A DNA stretch of 64,000 nt from Azolla caroliniana. Taxonomy: Eukaryota > Plantae > Polypodiophyta. This document shows positions 59,151 to 64,000 of the stretch, in pieces. The DNA lies in assembly GCA_043228905.1 (NCBI GenBank), contig JBHGNT010000002.1:6944001-7008000 (forward strand), given 5' to 3'. The translations under genes were made by a program, and so were the position numbers. The notes beneath the pieces were generated by a model, which saw only the letters and a list, made by a program, of their open reading frames with translations, searched no databases and had not been told where the DNA came from. Numbering within the stretch: the first letter of the stretch is position 1; every line of letters starts with the position of its first letter.

Positions 59151-61811
59151 ATGCATAAGTTAATATCTTTAAAGCATATTTCTGTATCTTCTGTGTCGCC
59201 AAAACAACAGAAACGAGTGCAGATATCGAAACATTCTGAGCCTTCGTGCCCTAGCTCGCCCAAACTCTGTTTTTCTGATTTTCATCGCTACAGAAGCTGT
59301 GCAGATCTCCAACCATCATCGACAAGTGATTCAGAACAAGCAAACACAGAAGTCATGCCGATTCATGTGTCTGAAGAACTGCGACGGTGGCTTCATGAGA
59401 GAAACTTACAAGGTTTCATCAAAGTAGCAGAAGCGGAACCTCATCCGCAGGCGGAAGAATTGGTACAACAATTAGACATCACCAAGGTCACCACAAAGAA
59501 AATACGAAATGCATTACAGATGCCAAGAGGAGGCTTTGAGGCAGTTAAAAAACCTTCATCAGAAGCACTCCAATCGTATTTCGGGGAATACTCACCCTCG
59601 GCAAAAGCATATCAGACTTATGGAGGTCGGGATGAGTTTTTCCATGAAGTGGCTAGATTTTTATTAGAGGTGGGATTTGTCAGTCCTCGTTTTTATTGTA
59701 TGCCGAAAAAAAGGGCTGGGTTTATCATAGCCGCATACGAAAAAGAGGATTTCAACTGGCCACTATTGTCGGGGGAAGCTCTGAGAGAGCAGCTACAAGG
59801 GGTAAAAACAGGAAAACCAATGAAGCAAATTTTTGGTCGTTGGCTATCGGTATTGTTTCCGATTCAAGAATCGGAAACTCCTGTTCAGTCAAGAAGACCA
59901 CCGATAGTACAAGCACCCCGAAGACACCGACAGGTAGTACATGAAGAATGGATAGAGGAAGAATCGGCACATGCCGATAATATACAAACGGAGATGCCTC
60001 AGTCGGAACCACCAAGACCAGAGAATTCCGAAAACAGGCAACCAGCAGCCGAACAAGAAACAGTTGACCATTTCATAAACAAGCCGCAGCCGACAGAAAA
60101 TCGACAACAAGCAGAGAAGATGCGACAAAGGACAAGGGTTAAACAAAGGGCTAATCGGCAATTCCAACCAGAAAACAGTGATGGGTCAGCACCGAAAAGG
60201 CAACGCACAAAGGAAAATTCGAATACGCCTGTAGTAGCAGAAGTAATGAAACCAGGGGATGAGAACGTTTCGACACAACTTCAACAAGGACAATCTTCAA
60301 AAGTAGCAATTCGGGAAGCACATGGGTGCTTGGATATTCCACCAGCAGCACATGAATTAGCTGCCATTTTACAGTTCGGAACTTCATACGAACTGGTTGA
60401 ATGGTTGGCTAAAAGATTGACAGAAGTATTAGAACGGCTAGCTCAAGAACATAATGACCGAATAATGATACAGAAGGCCTTACGAGGAGTGTTGGAACCT
60501 CAAGAAAAAGCAGAGATAGAGAAAATCGGCCGGAAAAGAAATGCACAGAATAGAGGGGAGGCTATTGAAATGCCACCATTACATGAAGCACTGGTCGAAA
60601 TTCATAGAGAATATGAAACAGCACGCAAAGCAGCCAATGATATGGCTGAAAGATACAAAAGTGTATCAGCATCGGCGGAGGTGCTGAAACGTCAGTTTTG
60701 TAACATACAGACAGAAAATAAAGAACTAAAAGAAAGTCTAAACAAATGGGAAACACAGGCACGGCATATGGCGTCGGAGTCAGAATGGCAGCAGAAATTG
60801 GAGGACGCTGAGAAAGCACGACAAGCAGAAACAACAAGGGCCAACAATGCTGTATTTCGAGCTACAGAATTAGAAAAACAAATAGAAACCATTCAGAATG
60901 GCCAATACAAAGTTCTCGAAGAAAAAAATCAATTAATAAACGAATTACAGAAAAATCTGGAAGAAGCTAAGACGGCCAATCATACATATACCGAACAAAT
61001 TGAAGAATTCGAAAGGTATATAGTGTCACAGGAAAGTCAATTGACAGAAAAAGAGCGGAGTCGTGAAGAAGTCAACAGAAGAATTACGGAACACCAGGAG
61101 GAATGGAGCAAAGAGAAATCGGCATTCGAACAACAACTGAACGAAATTCGGAAGATATCGGAACAAAGGCGGCTGGACATATATGTAGTCGAATCCAAAC
61201 TAATGCGGGCTGAAAGTGAAAACCGAGCCACTATTACGGATTTACGGAAAGAGTTGCAAGCCGCTCAATTCATCGCAAGCATCACTAGGGACAAAGTGCA
61301 GCGCATCATAGGGAAACATCGAAACCTAGCAAAGGAAATGATCGATGAATCCCTTGCGCAAGGATGGAAGTTATGGAAGGCACAAGCGGCGGAATTACAG
61401 TTATTGCGTGGCGACAAAAATAACCGTCAGGTCCAAGGTGCAGGTTTTTTTAAAATAGCACAAAAGGATATTGACAATATCCAAGAGGATATCATGAAAG
61501 ATATGGACGAAATTGCGGCATTTTACAGAGAAGAAATTCAACGTATTATGCAAGAATTCGACAAAAATGATATCGGCACTTCCGTCCAGTTGGATAAAAT
61601 TGAAGCTAAAAGAACCAACAAGACTCCTGGTCTTCAAACTCCCGGAAGAAGTAAACCAGAGCAGCCAACCGAATCACAACATTCAAAACCTGCTCTGAAT
61701 GACGACTGTGACACAGATGAAGAGGAAGATATAGATGGAATACATCCAAGGCCAGAAGAGCCTTCGATCTTTGATATTCTGAACGATTCGGATGAAGAGC
61801 TAAAGGAATAG
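59151..61811 (+). CDS. Accessory ORF2, 886 aa, unknown function
   Basis: Uninterrupted sense ORF between pol and the 3' LTR, conserved in R1a, C-terminus homologous to the R3 remnant. Confidence 0.9.
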   Translation: MHKLISLKHISVSSVSPKQQKRVQISKHSEPSCPSSPKLCFSDFHRYRSCADLQPSSTSDSEQANTEVMPIHVSEELRRWLHERNLQGFIKVAEAEPHPQAEELVQQLDITKVTTKKIRNALQMPRGGFEAVKKPSSEALQSYFGEYSPSAKAYQTYGGRDEFFHEVARFLLEVGFVSPRFYCMPKKRAGFIIAAYEKEDFNWPLLSGEALREQLQGVKTGKPMKQIFGRWLSVLFPIQESETPVQSRRPPIVQAPRRHRQVVHEEWIEEESAHADNIQTEMPQSEPPRPENSENRQPAAEQETVDHFINKPQPTENRQQAEKMRQRTRVKQRANRQFQPENSDGSAPKRQRTKENSNTPVVAEVMKPGDENVSTQLQQGQSSKVAIREAHGCLDIPPAAHELAAILQFGTSYELVEWLAKRLTEVLERLAQEHNDRIMIQKALRGVLEPQEKAEIEKIGRKRNAQNRGEAIEMPPLHEALVEIHREYETARKAANDMAERYKSVSASAEVLKRQFCNIQTENKELKESLNKWETQARHMASESEWQQKLEDAEKARQAETTRANNAVFRATELEKQIETIQNGQYKVLEEKNQLINELQKNLEEAKTANHTYTEQIEEFERYIVSQESQLTEKERSREEVNRRITEHQEEWSKEKSAFEQQLNEIRKISEQRRLDIYVVESKLMRAESENRATITDLRKELQAAQFIASITRDKVQRIIGKHRNLAKEMIDESLAQGWKLWKAQAAELQLLRGDKNNRQVQGAGFFKIAQKDIDNIQEDIMKDMDEIAAFYREEIQRIMQEFDKNDIGTSVQLDKIEAKRTNKTPGLQTPGRSKPEQPTESQHSKPALNDDCDTDEEEDIDGIHPRPEEPSIFDILNDSDEELKE

Positions 61812-61813
61812 GC

Positions 61814-61853
61814 GTGGGTTCGCTGGACAAGGTCCTGGCCCACGGACGTGCCA
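61814..61853 (+). other. tRNA-Arg(UCU)-3'-like motif at the PPT position (R1b)
   Basis: GTGGGTTCG-CTGGACAAGGTCCTG-GCCCACGGACGTGCCA-AG-LTR; no purine tract beside the LTR. Confidence 0.9.
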
Positions 61854-61855
61854 AG

Positions 61856-62311
61856 TGTTACCCGGACCCGGACAGTCAGTTTTACCGAACAAGTGGGAAA
61901 GCGTCGAAAACGGAGTCGGTTCGGATCGACTGTTCGGATCAATGACTCAGCAGTGAACGAAGAGAACTAAGTTAGTTAGATAATTTTGTAATTCTTGATA
62001 GTAAGTAGGAATAGTTCTTGATGAGAAAAGACCTTCAGTATACCTATAAAAGGGAACCGAAGGCATTGTAAGAAAGGTCGTTTACTTAGTAATATAAGTT
62101 TAAGTTAGGAATATCATGTACGGATTCTGTGTTCTTTCTATTGTCTATGTTGTTAAGTGCAAGCTTCCTAATTTATAACTAAGTAACGATCACGGTAATT
62201 ACCGATTAATATAGTATAATTCTGTTCGTAAAACACAATTCCTTGTTAGAACGTTGAGTAGCGATGTTCACTCTTCTGTATCGGTAGTAGTTAGTAATTA
62301 GCCGATTAACA
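61856..62311 (+). repeat. 3' LTR of R1b
   Basis: Direct repeat of 53135-53590, followed by the TSD. Confidence 0.96.
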
Positions 62312-62316
62312 CACAT

Positions 62317-63082
62317 GCTCCTAAGAACCACTGGACCTCCGTGATGGATCCGCACTCCTCCTTCATTGCCGAGATGGCCTCTACCTTGGTCGGCGATGGC
62401 TTCCGACCGTACGACCGACATAGATGGCCCACCGCTAAGATCTCTAGCTGTCCGAAGGCCGACTTTTCTCCCGAGAAGGTAAGCCGCGCGCCTTCAAGCC
62501 TCTGTAGTATCTTCTCGCAGTCGGAGATATGGTCGGTGACAAACCTTCAGCACCCATTCGTGCCGATCGACTCATCCTTGGCGTCCTTCGGACCCCCACT
62601 GATAGGGATGTCGTCCAAGAAAGGCATGGTGATGTCCGGAATGCAGTCCCGTAGAATTCTGTTCATTGCGTTCACCATGTGTGCCACTGAGTTGGTCCCC
62701 CCCTGTGGTAGGGTACACATTTGAACTAGGCCGAGAGGGGTTCGCATTGTCGTGATGTCCCTGCTTTCCACGACCAGCTGGAACTGGTCGTACCCCGAGT
62801 AAAGGTCTCCGACCGAGTATATGGACCTTCCGGCGAAGGCTTCCGCGAACTCATCGATCGACGACCCAACTCCCGTAATGCGGATGGTCACCTTGTTGAC
62901 CGGTTGTAAGTCCTGGATGAAGCACAACGTACCGTTCTTCTTTGGTACCGTAAACCACCGGTTAGAGTAACGGGCACTCAATGGTTCGACGATGCCCAGT
63001 TCCACCTTCTGCTTGAGAAGCTCCATCAACATTGCCATGTGAGCTCTCGGTACTTGAATTGGTTTGAGACTCCATGGCACGT
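62317..63082 (-). pseudogene. gypsy RT fragment (Wb)
   Basis: WFTVPKKNG, DLYSGYDQF, LPQGGTNS, PFLDD. Confidence 0.92.
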
Positions 63083-64000
63083 TGTCGCGTTGTTACGCGC
63101 GTGCGTGTAGAAGGGGCGGGACCGCGGGGGTCATGGACTAGGGAGTGGAGGAGAAAGAATAGGACATGATATGGAGGCTTAGTTCAAGAGGAGAAGAGGA
63201 AAGAATAAGACCACGACATCGAAGGAGGGATCGGCGGAGGCAAGATGCTCAACAAGCTATATTAAAACAACGAATGGTTACAACAATGGTGGCCGCCATG
63301 GCCGCACCAAAATGACTATCCGAAAACCCTAAAGGGAAACCCCAGGAGAAACCCTAACTGAAACCTACCGGTATACACTCTAATACAAAATAGGCAACCC
63401 CTTCATAAGTGACCCCTCCCTTCCTTTTATAGCCCAAGGAGGGAGGGACCTTACAATGTGGGACAAAAATTTCCCCTCTCTTTCTATACACCATATCCTA
63501 GTATACATGTGCACATGTTGCACAACACCGACTTGTCCCTTCCACCCCGGTTTCCGCCTATGGACGAAAATCTTCACGACATCCACCCCCACCAAACCGC
63601 ACATCCACGGGTATGTGCCAAGAAAGGAAAAGTGTGAGAGATTTCGTCCACGGTGATCAACCGGGTCTTTCGCCTGACCGGCACCCAACCTTCTTGCCGG
63701 TCCCTTGCTGGCGCCGATCCGTCTTGCCGGCCCCGACCCGCCGACTCCATCCGATCCACCACGTCCACCGCATTTCCCCGAACCGTCGGCTCCATCCAAT
63801 CCGCCATGTCCGGCGCATGCACCTTCTTCTTCGACCGGCCATCCCGGACACCATTGCCGATCCGGTCTCCCTTCCTTCACTCACCGCGCATGTCCTCCGG
63901 TTAGACCCCCGATTACTTCGATTGCTCGTCGGGTGCCGCTCCTCGGGTATCGCGTGTGTTCCACCTCCGGCTCGACCTTCTCCTCGCCCCGAACACCTCG
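63083..64000 (-). mobile_element. 3' end of another group W element: LTR 63083-63581, PPT 63582-63593; runs off the window
   Basis: GGTGGGGGTGGA-TGTCGTGAAG...CGCGACA on the minus strand; flank ACGT; interrupts RT of Wb. Confidence 0.87.

Larger units (their letters stand above)
53135..62311 (+). mobile_element. Ty3/gypsy element R1b, full length, with intact accessory ORF2
   Basis: 456-bp LTRs with about 4 differences by eye; perfect TSD CACAT; Arg PBS; inverted sister of R1a. Confidence 0.97.
39969..63082 (-). mobile_element. gypsy group W element Wb: 3' LTR (39969-40135 plus 50484-51082), INT, RH, RT; hosts E, R1b and the 63083 element
   Basis: PPT GGGGGTGGA then TGTCGTGAAG at 51082; LTR ends CGACA at 39969 beside GCGT; collinear pol fragments; 5' part beyond the window. 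Confidence 0.85.

Noticed and set aside
59151-61811. Env glycoprotein or captured host SMC/myosin gene
   Set aside because: No signal peptide, transmembrane helix or ATPase motif visible; coiled-coil composition alone is not homology.

Overview
The window is made almost entirely of nested LTR retrotransposons from a plant genome, probably a non-seed plant such as a moss (inference). I found no host genes. I resolve about 16 insertions nested up to about 6 deep, most with target-site duplications (TSDs). Ty1/copia: two decayed family-1 elements, one decayed and one intact (1357-aa Gag-Pol) Tnt1-like family-2 element, two family-2 solo LTRs and a family-3 remnant. Ty3/gypsy group W (tRNA-Trp PBS, TGTCG...CGACA ends, 4-bp CG-centred TSDs): two decayed pol-bearing elements, two gag-only elements, three solo LTRs and one element running off the window. 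Ty3/gypsy group R (tRNA-Arg PBS, 5-bp TSDs): two near-complete 9.2-9.4 kb copies with a large extra sense ORF, one non-coding element and one 3' remnant. The main finding concerns group R. In all four elements (three unrelated LTR sequences) the polypurine tract is absent. In its place, exactly 2 nt before the 3' LTR, is a 40-nt copy of the 3' part of tRNA-Arg(UCU) ending in CCA, split at the A58/G59 boundary by a covarying hairpin. This suggests both cDNA strands are primed by tRNA-Arg, or by a self-encoded tRNA mimic. The coding members also share an uncharacterised accessory protein.
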